A stretch of 64,000 nt of DNA from the human T2T-CHM13v2.0 reference genome, Homo sapiens. The position numbers were made by a program, and so were the translations under genes. The notes beneath the pieces were generated by a model that did not search any database, had not been told where the DNA came from, and was given only the letters and a program-made list of their open reading frames with translations. Shown here piece after piece: positions 39,405-53,990 of this stretch. The DNA lies in the NCBI RefSeq assembly GCF_009914755.1, contig NC_060930.1; one strand, written 5' to 3'. The first letter of the stretch is position 1; the number at the start of each line of letters is the position of its first letter.

Positions 39405-41990
39405 TCTTTAGCTTAATTAGATACCATTTGTCAATTTTTGCTTCTGTTGCAATTCCTTTTGACATTTTCATTATAAAATCATTGTGTGTACCTATGTCCT
39501 AAATGGTATTGCCTAGACATTCTTGTGGTCTCTTTTTTTTATATTTTTTTAATTACACTTTAAGTTCTAGGGTAAATGTGCACAACGTGCAGGTTTGCAA
39601 CATATGTATACATGTGCCATGTTGGTATGCTGCATCCATTAACTCGTCATTTACATTAGGTATATCTCCTAATGCTATCCCTTCCCCTCTACCCCTACCC
39701 CATGACAGGCCCTGGTGTGATGTTCCCTTTCCTGTGTCCAAGTGTTCTCATTGTTCAATTCCCACCTATGAGTGAGAACATGCAGTGTTTGGCTTTTTGG
39801 CCTTGTGATAGTTTGCTGAGAATGATGGTTTCCAGCTTCACCCATGTCCCTACAAAGGACATGAACTCATCATTTTTTATGGCTGCACAGTATTCCATGG
39901 TATTTATATGCCACATTTTCTTAATCCAGTCTATCATTGATGGACTTTTGGGTTGGTTCCAAGTCTTTGCTATTGTGAATAGTGCCACAATAAACATACG
40001 TGTGCATGTGTCTTTATAGCAGCATGATTTATAATCCTTTGGGTATATACCCAGTAATGGGATGGCTGGGTCAAATGGTATTTCCAGTTCTAGATCCTTG
40101 AGGAATCGCCACACTGTCTTCCACAATGGTTTGGCTAGTTTACAGTCCCACCAATAGAGTAAAAGTGTTCCTATTTATCAACATCCTCTCCAACACCTGT
40201 TGTTTCCCGACTTTTTAATGATCCCCATTCTAACTGGTGTGAGATGGTATCTCATTGTGTTTTTGATTTGCATTTCTCTGATGGCCAGTGACGATGAGCA
40301 TTTTTTCATGTGTCTGTTGGCTGCATAAATGTCTTCTTTTGAAATGTGTCTGTTCATATTCTTTGCCCACTTTTTGATGGGGTTGTTTGTTTGTTTCTTG
40401 TAAATTTGTTTGAGTTATTTGTAGATTCTGGATATTAGCCCTTTGTCAGATGAGTAGACTGCAAAAATTTTTTCCCATTAGGTAGGTTGCCTGTTCACTG
40501 TAATGGTAGTTTCTTTTGCTGTGCTCTGCAGTTTAATTAGATCCCATTTGTCAATTTTGGCTTTTGTTGCCATTGCTTTTGGTGTTTTAGACATGAAGTC
40601 CTTGCCCATGCCTATGTCCTGAATGGTATTGCCTAGGTTTTCTTCTAGGATTTTTATGGTTTTAGGTCTAACATTTAAGTATTTGATCCATCTTGAATTA
40701 ATTTTTGTATAAGGTGAAAAGAAGGGATCCAGTTTTAGCTTTCTACATATGGCTAGCCAGTTTTCTATAGTTTTGGGTTTTACACTTAAGTCTGTAATCC
40801 ATCTTGAGTTAATTTTCGTATAAGATGTAAGAAAGAAGTCCAGTTTCAACTTTCTGCAAATGGCTAGCTAGTTGTCCCAGCACCACTTATTAAATAGGGA
40901 ATCCTTTCACCATTGCTCTTTTTGTCAGGTTTGTCAAAGATCAGGTGATTGTCGATGTGTGATCTTATTTCTGAGATCTGTATTCTATTCCATTGATCTA
41001 TGTGTCTGTTTTCGTACCTGTACCATGCTGTTTTGGTTACTATACTTGTAGGATAGTTTGAAGTTGATCTAATACCCAGAATCTATAAGAAACTTAAAAA
41101 AATTTACAAAAAAAAACCCCAACCCCATTAAAAAGTGGAAAAAAGACAAGAACAGACACCTCTCAAAAGAAAACAGTTATATGGCCAAAAAGCATGAAAA
41201 ATAGAATTCAGAATTCCTAATCAGTAGAGAAATTTAGATTAAAAACCACATCAAGATACCATCTTAAGCCAGTCAGAATGGCAATTATTAAAAAGTCAAG
41301 AAGCAACAGATGCTGGCAAGGCTGTAAAAAAATAGGAACACTTTTACACAGTTTTAAATTAGTTCAACCAATGCAGAAGACAGTTTAGTGATTCCTCAAA
41401 GACCTAGAACTAGAAATACCATTTGACCCAGCAATCCTATTACTGAGTATATACCCTAAGGCATATAAATTATTCTATTATAAATATACATGCACACATA
41501 TGTCATTGCTGCACTATTCACAATAGCAAAGACATTGAATCAACCCAAATACCCAACAGTGATAGACTGGATAAAGAAAATGTGGTGCATATACATCATG
41601 GAATACTATGCAGCCATAAAAAATGATGACTTCATTTTATTTGCAGGGACATAGATAGAACTCGAAGCCATTATCCTCAGCAAATTAGTACAGAAACGGA
41701 AAAAAAAAAAACCACCAAATGCTCTCACTTGTAAGTGGGAGCTGAACAATGAGAACACATGGACACAGGGAGGGGATCAACACACACTAGGGCCTGTCAG
41801 GCAAAGGGGATGTAGCGGGAGGGAGAGATTCAGTATAAATAGCTAATGCATGTGGTGATTAATACCTAGGTGATGGATTAATAGGTGCAGCAAACCACCA
41901 CGGCACACATTTACCTATGTAACAAATCTGCATAATCTACATATGTATCCCAGAACTTAAAATAAAATAAAATAAAATTTAAATAAAATA
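39405..41990 (+). mobile_element. 5'-inverted (twin-primed) L1PA12-14-like element
   Basis: Antisense ORF2 segment (39405-39530 plus 40766-41065) joined at ~41066 to sense 3' segment with 3' UTR and A tail; degenerate TSD AATAATCAA.CTC / AATAGCAAACTC. Confidence 0.8.
39532..40765 (-). mobile_element. Younger L1PA4/5-like 5'-truncated element
   Basis: ORF 39755-40126 is an almost intact ORF2 C-terminus (WRFLKDLELEIPFDPAIPLLGIYP...MFSLIGGN); 3' UTR TGTGTCCAAGTGTTCTC. Confidence 0.9.
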
Positions 41991-44595
41991 CGTGCTCTTA
42001 AAAACAACAAGAAAAAAATGAAGAAATAGCAAACTCTCAAAGATTAAGGATAAATAAAAGATTCTAAAAGCAGCAGGAGAAAAGAAATAAATAATGTACA
42101 ATGGAACTCCAATACATTTGATTACATTCTTTTTCAGTGGAGACCTTACAGGCCAGGACAAAATGGCATAACATATTTAAAGTGCGAAAGGGAAAAAAAA
42201 ATCTTACTCTAGAATAGTATATCCAGTGAAAATATTCTTCAAACATAAAGAAGAAATAAAGCCTTTTCCAGATAAGCTGAAGGATTTCATCAATACCAGA
42301 CCTATCTTACAAGAGATGTTAAAGAGAGTACTTCAGTCAGAAAGGAAAGGACATTAATGAGCAATAAATAATTATCTGAAAGTATAAAACTCATTGGGAG
42401 TAGTAAGTACACAGAGAAACACAGAATACTGCCACAGTGTTGCTGTAGTGTGTTAACTACTGTTATCTTAAGTGGAAATATTAAACAATGAACCAACCAA
42501 AAATAACAACTACAACAACTTTTCAAGACCTAGGCAATACAATACGATATAAATAGAAACAACAAAAGTTTAAAAATGGGGGAATGAAGTTAAGCATAGA
42601 GTCCTTACTAGTTTTCTTTTTTGCTTGTTTGTTTGTTTGTACAAATAGTGTTAAAAGTTTTTATGAGGTTAAAATAATGGATAATAAGATAGTATTTGCA
42701 AGCCTCATGGTAACCTGAAACAAAAAAATACAATGGATACACAAAAAATAAAAAGCAAGAAGCAAACAATATCACCAGAAAAAATCACCTTCACTAGAAG
42801 GAGATAAAAAGGAAACAAGAGAAGAGCAGAAAACAAATAACAAAAAGTAAGCCTTTACTTATCAATAATAACAATGATGTAAATGGATTAAAGCTTCCAA
42901 TCAAAAGATACATACTGGCTGAATGGATCAATAAACAAGACCCATTGATCTGGTGGCTCCAAGAAACACACTTCAAATATAAAGACACATATAGACTGAA
43001 AATAAAGGGATGGAGAAAGATATTCCATGCCAATAGAAACCAAAAAAGGCAGAAATAACTATACTTGTATCAGAAAAAAGTTGATTTCAATACTAAAACT
43101 ATAAAAATAGACAAAGTAGTTTACATAATGATAAAGAGGTCAATTCAACAGGAGGATATTATTTTTACCCCATTTAAAATGCCCTTTATCCAAAAGACAA
43201 ACAATGACAAATTCTGGAGAGAATGTGGAGGCAAAATACCTTTATGTGCGGTTGGTGGAAATGTAAATTAGTGCAACCACTATGGAGAATAGTGATTAGA
43301 TTAGACAAACTAATCAAAGGAGGTGAGTCTGGAAAAAGTTTGGAGGTTCCTCAAAAATCTAAAAATTGAATTACCATATGATTCAGCAATTTTCCTGCTG
43401 GGTGTATACTCCAAAGAAATAAAACAGTATATTGAAGGTATATCTGCACTCTGATGTTTGTTGCAGCACTGTTGATTTGGAAGCCATCTAAGTGTCTGTC
43501 AGCAGATGAATGGCCAAAGAAAATGTGGTACATATACACAATGGAGGACTACTCAACCATAAAAATTATTGCGATCTTGTCTTTTGCAACAGCATAAATG
43601 GAACTGGAGATCATTATGTAAAGTAAAATAAGCTACACCAAGAAAGACAAACATTGCTTGTTCTCACTTATTTTGAGATCTAAAAATGAAAATAATGAAA
43701 CTAATGGACATAGAGAGAGAAAGGATGGTTACTAGAGGCTGAGAAGGGTAGTGAGGGGCTCAGTGGGAGGTGGGGATGGTTAATTTGTACAAGAACAAAT
43801 AGAAAGAATGGATGAGACCTACTATTTGATAGCACAACAGGGTGGCTCAAGTCAGTAATAACTTAATTGTACATTTTATAATACCTTGAAAAGTGTAATT
43901 GTATTGTTTGTAACTTAAAGAATAAATGCTTGAGGGCACGGATACCCCATTCTCCATATTCCACATTGCAGGTCTTAATCAAAACATCTCATGTACCCCA
44001 TAAATATATATACCTATTATTTACCCACAAAAATTAAAAAAATAAATATTATTTAATGAAAAAAAATTAAATGCAAGATCACAAACTATAAGAATCCTAG
44101 AAGAAAACCTAAGAAACACCACTCTGGACATCAGCTTTGGGAAAGAATTTATGACTAGTCCTCAAAAGAAATTGCAGCAAAAAGAAAAATTGACATGTGA
44201 TCTAATTAAACTAAAGAGCTTCTGAACTATAAAAAAATTATCAACAAAGCAGTCTGATGATCTATGGAATGAGAGAAAATATTCACAAACACTGCATGCA
44301 ACAAAGGCCTAATATCTAGAGTCCATAAGAAACTTAAACTATTCAACAAGTGAAAACAAATAAGCCTATTAAAAAGTGGGCAAAAGACATAAATAGACAA
44401 TTCTCAAAAACATACATACAAGTGATGAACAAACATACAAAGAATTCTCATCACCAACAATCAGAGAAATGCGAATTGAACCCATAATAAGATATCATCT
44501 CACACTAGTCAGAATAGCTATTATTAAAAAGTCAAAAAGCAACAGATGCTGGCAAAGCTGTAGAGAATAGGGAATGCTTACACACTGTTGGGAAC

Positions 44596-44961
44596 TGTAT
44601 TAGTATATTTTCACACTGCTGATAAAGACATACCAAAGACTAGGCAATTTATAAAATAACGAAATTTGATAGATTCAGTTCTGAATGGCTGTGGAGGTCT
44701 CACAATCATGGTGAAAGGCAAGGGGGAGCCAGTTATGTCTTCCATGGAAGGCAGCAGGCAAAATAGCGTTTGTGCAGGGAAACTCCCCTTTATAAAACCA
44801 TCAGATCTCATGAGACTTATTCCCTATCACAAGACTAGCATAGGAAAGACCCACCCCCATGATTCAATTACCTTCCACTGGGTCCCTCCCACAACATGTG
44901 AGAATTGTGGGAGCTACAATTCAAGATGAGATTTGGGTTGGGACACAGACAAACCATATCA
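44596..44961 (-). mobile_element. THE1 solo LTR (THE1B/C-like)
   Basis: TGTATTAGT...CTGCTGATAAAGACATACC...GGGACACAGACAAACCATATCA, inserted in L1PB ORF2. Confidence 0.92.
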
Positions 44962-45709
44962 GGGGAAATGTAAATTAGTTCAGCCACGGTGTAAAGCAGT
45001 TTGGACATTTCCCAAAGAATTTAAAACAGAATTATCATTACACCTAGCAACCTTATTAAAGGGTACACATCCAAAAGAAAACAAATTATTCTACCAAAAA
45101 GATATATGCACTTATATGTTTATTGCAGCACTATCCACAATATCAAAGATAGGAAATCAACCTAGGTGTCCATCGATGGTGGATTTGATAAAAATAATGT
45201 GGTACAAATATACAATGAAATACTATACAGCCATTAAAAAGCCCAAGATCATCTTCTTTGTAGCAACATGGATGAAACTGGAGGCCATATCCTAAGTAAA
45301 TTAATGCGGGGGCAGAAAACCAAATACCACATGTTCTTATGTATAAGTGAGCAAAATGTTGGGTACTCATGGACATAAAGATGGCAACAAAAGTCACTAA
45401 TGACATTTAGAAGGGGAAGGGAGGGAGGGGTAAAAAAATTGAAATAAACTAACTGTTGGTTACTATGCTCACTACCTATGTGACAGGATCATCCGTGTCC
45501 CAAACTTTAGTATCACAAAGTATATTCCAGCAAAAAACTTGTACATGACCCCTGAATCTAAAATAAAAGTTAAAATTACAAAATAAATGAAACGTTAAGA
45601 TAGAATAAAATGACTAAATTCAGCAAAATAATCCTGAAGAATAAAGTACATTAATACACTAATAATTTATAATAGCATTCATAAGAATTTTTAAAACTAT
45701 TCAATACAA

Positions 45710-46110
45710 AGATTTGTGGTTAGGATTAACAGAAGCAACAAAGGTCAGTGAAGCCTCCAAAGACTAGAAATCAAGGGACTCCATTATCTCTCCTAGGTGA
45801 AAAGCAGAAGAAATGATGTTACTAGAACCAGGGAAGAAATTCAAGTCTAGGAAATTGACTCCTTGCTGAGAGCTGCAGTCATTTAAAGAGGAATAAGGTC
45901 TGCTAAAACCATAGCCGTAGAGAAAAGAATTGGGGAAATAAGCACACTTGTTCCCTTGTCACCTGCTTTGATTAGACAAATTCAACTGGAAGCCAGAGTG
46001 CAAGAAGCAAGTCATGCAATCAATAAAGGTCAGCTTTCCAGAATCTAGAATATGGCATAGAAAGGAAGAAAAGATTCTGAAGTGGCAAATAGAGAATAAG
46101 TTATCCAGTT
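45710..46110 (-). mobile_element. Old MaLR LTR (MLT1K/L-like)
   Basis: GGAAGCCAGAGTGCAAG...GGTCAGCTTTCCAG...GGCAAATAGAGAATAA. Confidence 0.5.
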
Positions 46111-46651
46111 ACACTGTAAGTGATCTAATTAACCTTGAAACATCGCTAGTTTAAACTCTGGATGTGACATGTTCTTTAAAGCACTGTTTGGATTCACTGG
46201 ATTATAGTTATTTATTATTTTTATAATAGTATTCATGAATAAGATTTTACTGCATTTGAGTTAATTTTCATTAGTTTTTTATAGCTTTTGATACTATTTT
46301 TTCTTACATTTCCTGTTTTCCTTATTTTGCCTTTTTACTCCTGGACTTTTAGTTCAGTGCTGAACCATAATAGTAAACATTGCCATTTTTGTTTGAACTG
46401 CAATTACATTTAATGTCTCAACTTTGAGTATGATTTGTGCTATGAGTTTCAAGAAGATAGCTTTTAATAAGGAAGCCATTTTTTGCTACTGATGAAATGT
46501 ATTTTTACTTGTATTAGATTGTGCATATTAAAATTTAGAATTATATATAGAAGGATATTTATTAAGGTAGGTACATAGGCATATTACTACAATAATTATA
46601 GTCCAACCTGTAAATTGTACACTTGATTGATTCAATTAAAAATAAGTCAGT

Positions 46652-47225
46652 AAATGGAATCATTCTAAGTGTCCAACGATTGATTAATGGGTAAGAAATA
46701 TGGTGTATATATACACAATGGAATACCATTCAGCCATATAAAAGAATGAAATCTTGTCATTTGTGACAATATGGCTAAAACTTGAAGACATAATGTTAGA
46801 TGAAATAAACTAGAGACAGAAAGACTCACTTATATGAAAAAATCTATAAATAAAAACTTAAAAATGTGCTGCACAACAAAAGCAATGGTTACGAGACTAG
46901 GAGGGGAGGGTGGAGGGAAGGATGGGAGAGGTGTGTCAAAAGGTACAAAATTACAGTCAGATAGAAGGAATAATTTCTGGTATTATATTGCACGCTAGGG
47001 TGACTACGGTTAACAGTAAAATATTGTATGTTACAAAATAGCTAGGAGAGAGGCATTTGAATATTCCAACCAACAAAAGATGATAAATGCATGAGGTAAT
47101 AGATACACTAACAACCCTGATTGGATCATTATACAACATGGATATGTAAAGTAACATCACATTGTACCCCATAAATATGTGTAATTATAATGCATCAATT
47201 AAAAATAAATACAAAATAATAAATA
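46652..47225 (+). mobile_element. L1MA4/5-like 3' end
   Basis: CACAATGGAATACCATTCAGCC...GGTACAAAATTACAGTCAGATAGAAGGAATAA...TGTACCCCATAAATATG plus tail. Confidence 0.85.
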
Positions 47226-48474
47226 ACTTAGTAAATAAAAACATAAATGATACTTGGTTAAAAATTACATCAACCAGACTACGTATTAAAGACATATAGG
47301 CTGAGAGCAGACAAAACAATGTGACCAAGTAGAAGTCTTTGTCAATCATGCCCCTGCCAATAGGAACATCAAATTGAAAAACTATCCACACAAAAATGAA
47401 CCTGCATAAGAACCAAAAATCTAATGAGTAATCACAGTACTTGTTTTTAACTTCAGATCACAGAAAGAGGCACTGAAGAGGGTAAGAAAGTCAGTCTTGT
47501 ACTGCTGATACCACCTCACTCCTATACCCAGCAGCAGCTACATGGCTTGGAGAGAGAATCTGTTCACCTCGGGAAGAAAGAGCACTGTGGGACTTCGCAG
47601 TGAACTCAGTGCTGCCCTGTCATGACAGAAAGCAACACTTGGCAGAAATCAGCTAACACCCACGTAGGGAACATTTAGATCAGCCCTAGCCAGAGAGGAA
47701 TTGCCCATCCCAGCAGCTGGAACTCATATTCTGACAAGCCTCGCCACCACAGGCTAAGGGGCCCTGGGGTTTCTAAATAAACTTTAAAGGCAGTCTAGGC
47801 CATAAGAAGTGCAATTATTCAGCAAGTCCCAGAGTTGCGCTGGGCTCAGATGCAGTGGACTGGCAGTGCATGCAACCTGGTGAGAAACCAGCCTGGGTGG
47901 CCAAGATAGTGCTTGTGACACCACTCTCCCAACCCCAGGGAATGCAGCTAGAAACTCTTGGAAAGTCTCCTTCCTTCCAATTGAGAAAAAGAGATTAAAA
48001 AGTCAACAGAACTGTGTCTTGCAGGTTAGGTACTAGCTCGGCCACAGTGGGAAAGAGCACCAACTGGGTTTTTGGGTTCCCCTTTTACAGGACTTGTCTC
48101 TTGGATGACATTTCTGAACTAACCCTGAGCCAGATGAGAACCCACTGTCCTGAAGGTGAATCACAGTATGGGAAGCCTTCAACTCAAGGTGACTGAAGAG
48201 CCTTTGGGTCATAAATTAATATTGGCGGTATCCTGACAATACTCACTGGGGACCTGTGGTGGTGGTGGACAAAGGAAAGACTCCTCTGCCTGTGAAAAGA
48301 GGAGGGAAGCGTGGATAGAACTTTGTCTTGTGGTTTCAGTGTCAGCTCAGGTGAAGTAGAAGAGTACCAGGTAGATTACTAAAGTTTCCAGCTCCCAACC
48401 ACGGCTCCCAGACACCATCTCTGGATCTGCTTCGGGCCCAGGGTAAGGGGAAACTTTAAACTGTAAAGAGAAGA

Positions 48475-48835
48475 TAATATGCTTTGGCTCTGTGTTTCCA
48501 CTCAAATCTCATCTTAAATTGGAATCCTCACATGTTGAGGGAGGGACCTGGTGGGAGGTAATTGGATTGGGGGGCAGTTTCCCCCATGCTGTTCTCATGA
48601 TAGTAAGTTCTCAGGAGACCTGATGGTTTAGAAGTGTGGCATTTCCTCTGTCTCTCACTCTCTTTCCTGCCACCATGCAAGATGTGCCTTGCTTCTCCTG
48701 TGCCTTCCACCTGACTGCAAGTTTCCTGAGGCCTCCCCAGTCATGTGGAACTGTGAGTCAATTAAACCTGTTTTGTTTATGAATTACCCCATCTTAGGTA
48801 GTTTCTTTATAGCAGTGTGAAAACAGACTAATACA
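48475..48835 (+). mobile_element. MSTA-like MaLR solo LTR in the L1 5' UTR
   Basis: TAATATGCTTTGGCTCTGTG...ATTAAACC...ATAGCAGTGTGAAAACAGACTAATACA. Confidence 0.9.
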
Positions 48836-51800
48836 AAAGGGCATCAGACTGATTGGCTTCACCATCTGCTAATTGTAGAGTTCTGGAGCCTTGAGAAAAC
48901 ATAGGTGGTAGCCAGGTAGTGGTTAACAAGGGCCTTGGGGGAGACCCAGTGCCGCGCTGGCTTCAGTCTTCAGGTGGGACCCAGTGCAGTCCCACTGGTA
49001 GTGGACAGAAAAGTGCCTGTGTCATACTTCCCTCAGCTCGAGGAAGCACAACACAGAGAGAGTTAGACTCTGCAGGTTTGGCAGAAAGTAAGGGAGGAGA
49101 ACAGGAGTCTCTACCTGGTAATCCAGAGAATTATTTTGGATCTTATTCAAGACCACCAACGTATAATCCTTACAAGTCTGCAAGAAGAACAGTACTAACA
49201 TCCTTGAGGTACCCCCTAATGCAGATATGGCTGCAGTGACCAAAAACTTACATTATAATACTCAAGTCCCTTCAAATACCTGAAAACCTTCCCAAGAAGG
49301 ATGAGGACAAACCAGCTCAGACTGAAGATGACAATAAATGCTGAAATATTTAATGCTTAGACACAAATTAATATCCACAGGCATCAAGATCATTCATGAA
49401 AACATAATCCCACCAAATGAAATAAATAATGCACAAGGGATGAAACCTGGAGAGACAGAAATATGAGGATTTTCAGACAGAGGCTTCAAAACAGCCATTT
49501 TGAGGAAACTCAAAGAAATTCAAGATAATACAGAAAATGAATTTATAATTCTATCAGATAAATTTAAAAAGGAGTTTGAACAAATTACAAAGAATCAAGC
49601 AGAAGTTCTGGAGCTAACAAAGGCAACTGACATACTGAGGAATGCATCAGAATTTCTTAATATCATAATTGATCAATCAGAAGAAAGTATTAGTGAGCTT
49701 GAAAGTATGCTATTTCAAAATACACAGAGGACTTTGAAGAAAAATAATTAAAAGAGAAATGCATGACTACAAGATCTAGAAAATAACCTCAAAAGGGCAA
49801 ATCTAAGAGTTACTGGCACTTAAGAAGAGACAGATAGATAGAGGTAGAAAGTTTATTCAAAGAGATAATAACAGACAAATTCCCAAACCTAGAGAAAGAT
49901 ATCAATAAGCAAGTAAAAGACAGTCATAGAAAACCAAGAAGATATAAACCAGGACTAACTCAAAGCATTTCATGATCAAACTCTCAAAGATAAAAGATAA
50001 AACAAGAATCCTAAAAGCAGCGTGATTAAAGAAAAAATAGCATACAATGGAGTGCCAACATATCTGGAAGCAGACTTTTCAGTAGAAACCTTATGCGCCC
50101 AGGAGAGAGTGACATGACATATTTATAGTGCAAATGGAAAAATAAAACTTTTATAGTAGAATGTTATATCCAGGGAAAATATCATACAAACACGAAGAAG
50201 AAATGAAGACTTTCCCAGACAAAGAAAAGGCCAGGGATTTCTCAACTTCAGATGTGTCATACAAGAAATGCTAGAAAGAGTTACTCAATCTGAAAGAAAA
50301 AGATATTAAGGAACAATAAGAAATCTTCTAAAAATATAAAACTCACTGGCAATAGTAAGTACAAAGAATAACACAGAATATTATAACACTGTAATTTCGA
50401 TTTGTAAACTATTCATATCTAAAGTAGAAGAATAAAAAGGTGACCTAATCAAAAATGATAACAATGGCAACTTTTTAAGACGCAGATAGTAAAATAAGAT
50501 GTAAATAGAAATAACAAAAAGTTAAAAAGCAGGAAGACAAGTTAAACTGTACAGTTTTTATTAGTTTTCTTTTGCTTCTTGTTTAGTTTTTTTGTTTGTT
50601 TATGCAATCAGTGGTAAGTTTTCATCTGTATTAAATAATAGGTTATAATATATGTAAGCCTCATGGTAAAGTCAAATCTAAAAGCATACAATGAATGCAC
50701 AAAAAATAAAAAGCAAAATTTAAAATATTCCACCGTATTAGTGAAATTTAAATTATTTCACTAAAAGGAAGACAGGAAGAAAAGAAATAAGGAACAGTTG
50801 ATCACAAAACAACCAGAAAACAGATAACGACATGGCAGGAGTAACTATTGACTTAGCTATAATACCATTAAATATAAGAAACTAAGCTCTCCAATCAAAG
50901 GACGTAGAGTGGCTGAATGAATAGAAATACAAGACCCAACCATTTGTTGCCTACACAAAATATACTACACCTATAAAGACATGCATAGACTGAAAATATA
51001 GTGATGGAAAGATATTCCATGCAAATGGAAACCATAAAAGCAGCAGACATAATACTTAGATCAGAGAAAGTAAATGTTGAAATAAAAACGATTCTTATTC
51101 TTACAGAGAAAGAGAGAGACAGATTCTGATACAATAATAGCTGGAGAATTCAACACCTCACATTCAGCATTGGACAAATCATCCAGAGAGAAAATCAACA
51201 AAGAAACTTCTAACTTAATCTCCACCATAGACCAAATGGGCCTAGTAGATATTTCCAGAAAATTTAATCCAATAGGTTCAGAATACGCATTCTTCTTCCC
51301 AGCACATGGATCATTCTCAAGAACAGATCATATTTTAGGCCAAAAGTAAGTCTTTAAAAATTAAAAAAAATGAAATCATATCAAGAATCTTCTCTTACCA
51401 CATGGAATAAAACTAGAAATCAATAACAATCAATTTGCTCCTGAATGACCAGTGGGTCAATGAGGAAATTAGGAAGGAAATTTTAAAATATCTTGAAACA
51501 AAGATAATGGAAATATGCCAAAACCTATTAAATATAGTGAGAGTAGTACAAAGAAGAGAGTTATAGCTATAAGCACCTACATCAAAAAAGTAAAAACACT
51601 TCAAATAAATAACCTAATAATTCATCTTAAGGAAGTAGAATAGAAAGACCAAATCAATCTCAAGAACTGTAGTAGAAAATAAAAAATGATAAAGATCAGA
51701 GCAGAAATAAATGAAAACATGACAAAATATCAATAAAATGAAAAGTTTTTTTTGAAAATATAAATTAAATTGATAAACTTTTAGCCCAAATAAGGAATAA

Positions 51801-53706
51801 AAAGAAAAAACCCAAATTAATAAAATTGGAAACAAAAAAGGTTACATTACAACTGATGCCACAGAAATTTAAAGGCTCAATACAGACTACTATTAGCAAT
51901 TACATGCCAATAAGTTGGAAAACCTAGAAAAAATTGATAAATTCCTAGAAACATGCAACCTACGAAAACTGATTCAGAAAGAAATCCAAAACCTGAAAAG
52001 ATCAACAGCAACTAACAAGAGAGAAGCCATAGTAAAAATTGTCCCATAAAGCAAAGGCTGAGATCCATGGCTTCACTGCTAAATTGTACCAAGCATGTTA
52101 AAAACTACCAGTCCCACTCAGCGAAAATAAGGGGGTGAGGGAACGCTTCCAAAGTCACATTATCAGGCTGATATTTCCCTGACACCAAACCCAGATAAAA
52201 ATAAATTTATAAAGTAAACTACAGGTCTATATTCCTTATGAACATCGGTCCAAATATCCTCAAGAAATTATTAGCAAACCAAATTTAACACATTAAAAAG
52301 ATTATTCAGTATGACCCAGTGGGATTCATCGCAGGCATGCAAGATGATTCAACACACACAAATCAATCATTTAAACAGAATGAGGGACAAAAACCGTGTA
52401 ATAATTTCAATCGATACTAAAAAACATTGGATAAAATTCAACATCCCTTCATGGTAAAAACAGTCAAAACAACTGAGTATAGAAGGAATATATGTCAATA
52501 CAAAAAAAGTCATATATTACAGACCTGTAGCTAGTATTATACAAAACAAAGAAAAACTGAAAGCGTTACCCCTAAGATCTAGAGCAGGACAATGATGCCC
52601 ACTTTCACCACTGTTATTCAACATAATACTGGTAATCCTGGCTAGAGCAATCAGACAAGAGATAGAAGTAAAGTGCATCCAAACTGAAAAGGAAGAAGTC
52701 AAATTATATGTGTGTTTGCAGATATAGTCTTGTATTTGAAAAAACCTAAAGAATCCAGAAGAAAACTATTGGAACAAATAAATAAACTCAGTAAATTTGC
52801 AGGATAAAAAAATCAACATACAAAAATTAGCATTGTTATATGCTAACAGTGAACAATCTGTGAAAGAAATAAAGGAATCCTATTTTCAATAGCTGTGAAT
52901 AAATAAAATAATTAGGAATTAACCAAAAATGTAAAGGATCTCTATAATAAAAACTATGAAGCATTCATGAAAGGAATTGGACACCAAAAAAATTTAAAAA
53001 ATATATTCCATGTTCATTGATTGGAAGAATAAATATTGTTAAAATGTCCATAGTACCCCAAACAATCTACAGATTTAATGCAATCCCTATCAAAATACCA
53101 ATGACAGTCTTCACAGAAATAGAAAAAAAAAAATCCTAAAATTTATATGGACCCACACAGGACCCAGAATAGTAAAAGCTATTCCAAGCATAAAGAACAA
53201 AACTGGAGGGATCATATTACCTTACTTCACTTTGTACTACAAAGCTATAGACAAAAACAGCATGTTACTGGCATAAAATCAGACATACAGACCAATGTAA
53301 CAGAATAGAATTTTGAAATAATTCCATACATCTGCTGTGAACTCCTTTTCAGCAAAGTTTTCGAGAACATACACTGGGGAAAAGATAGTCTCTTCAGTAA
53401 ATGTTGCTGGGAACACTGGATATCCATGTGCAGAATAAAACTTGACCCTATCTCTTGACATATACAAAAGTCAAATCAAAATGGATTAAAGACTTAAATC
53501 TAAGACCTGAAACTATGAAACTACTAAAAGAAAACTTGTGGGAAGATCTTCAGGACATTGAACTGGGCAAACACCGACCTATGCTTACCAGAGGCTGGAA
53601 AGAATATTGTGGGGAAGAGTGGAATGAATAAGACATAGTATTTGATAGTACAACAGGATGATTCTAATCAACAATAATTTATTGTACATTTAAAATATCT
53701 TTAAAA

Positions 53707-53990
53707 GTCCAGGTGTGGTGACTCATGCCTGTAATCCCAGAACATTGGGAGTCCAAGGCAGGAGAATTGCTTATAGTCAGGAGTTTGAGATCAGCCTGGG
53801 CAACATGACGAGACCCTGTCTCTACAATTTTTTTTTTAATTAGCCAAGTATGGTGGCACATGTCTGTGGTCCCAGGAGGCTGAGGTGGGGGTATAACTTG
53901 AGTCCAGGTTAAGGCTGAAGTAAGGCTAGTTTGTGTCACTCCAGCCTGAGTGACAGAGCAAAACCCTGTATCAAAAAAAAAATTGAAATA
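53707..53990 (+). mobile_element. AluJ in the L1 3' UTR
   Basis: Diverged Alu dimer with J-type CAGCCTGGGCAACATG. Confidence 0.85.

Noticed and set aside
39503-40126. Overlapping 90-123 aa ORFs on both strands
   Set aside because: They are the L1 ORF2 C-terminus and its usual antisense frames in a truncated L1PA.
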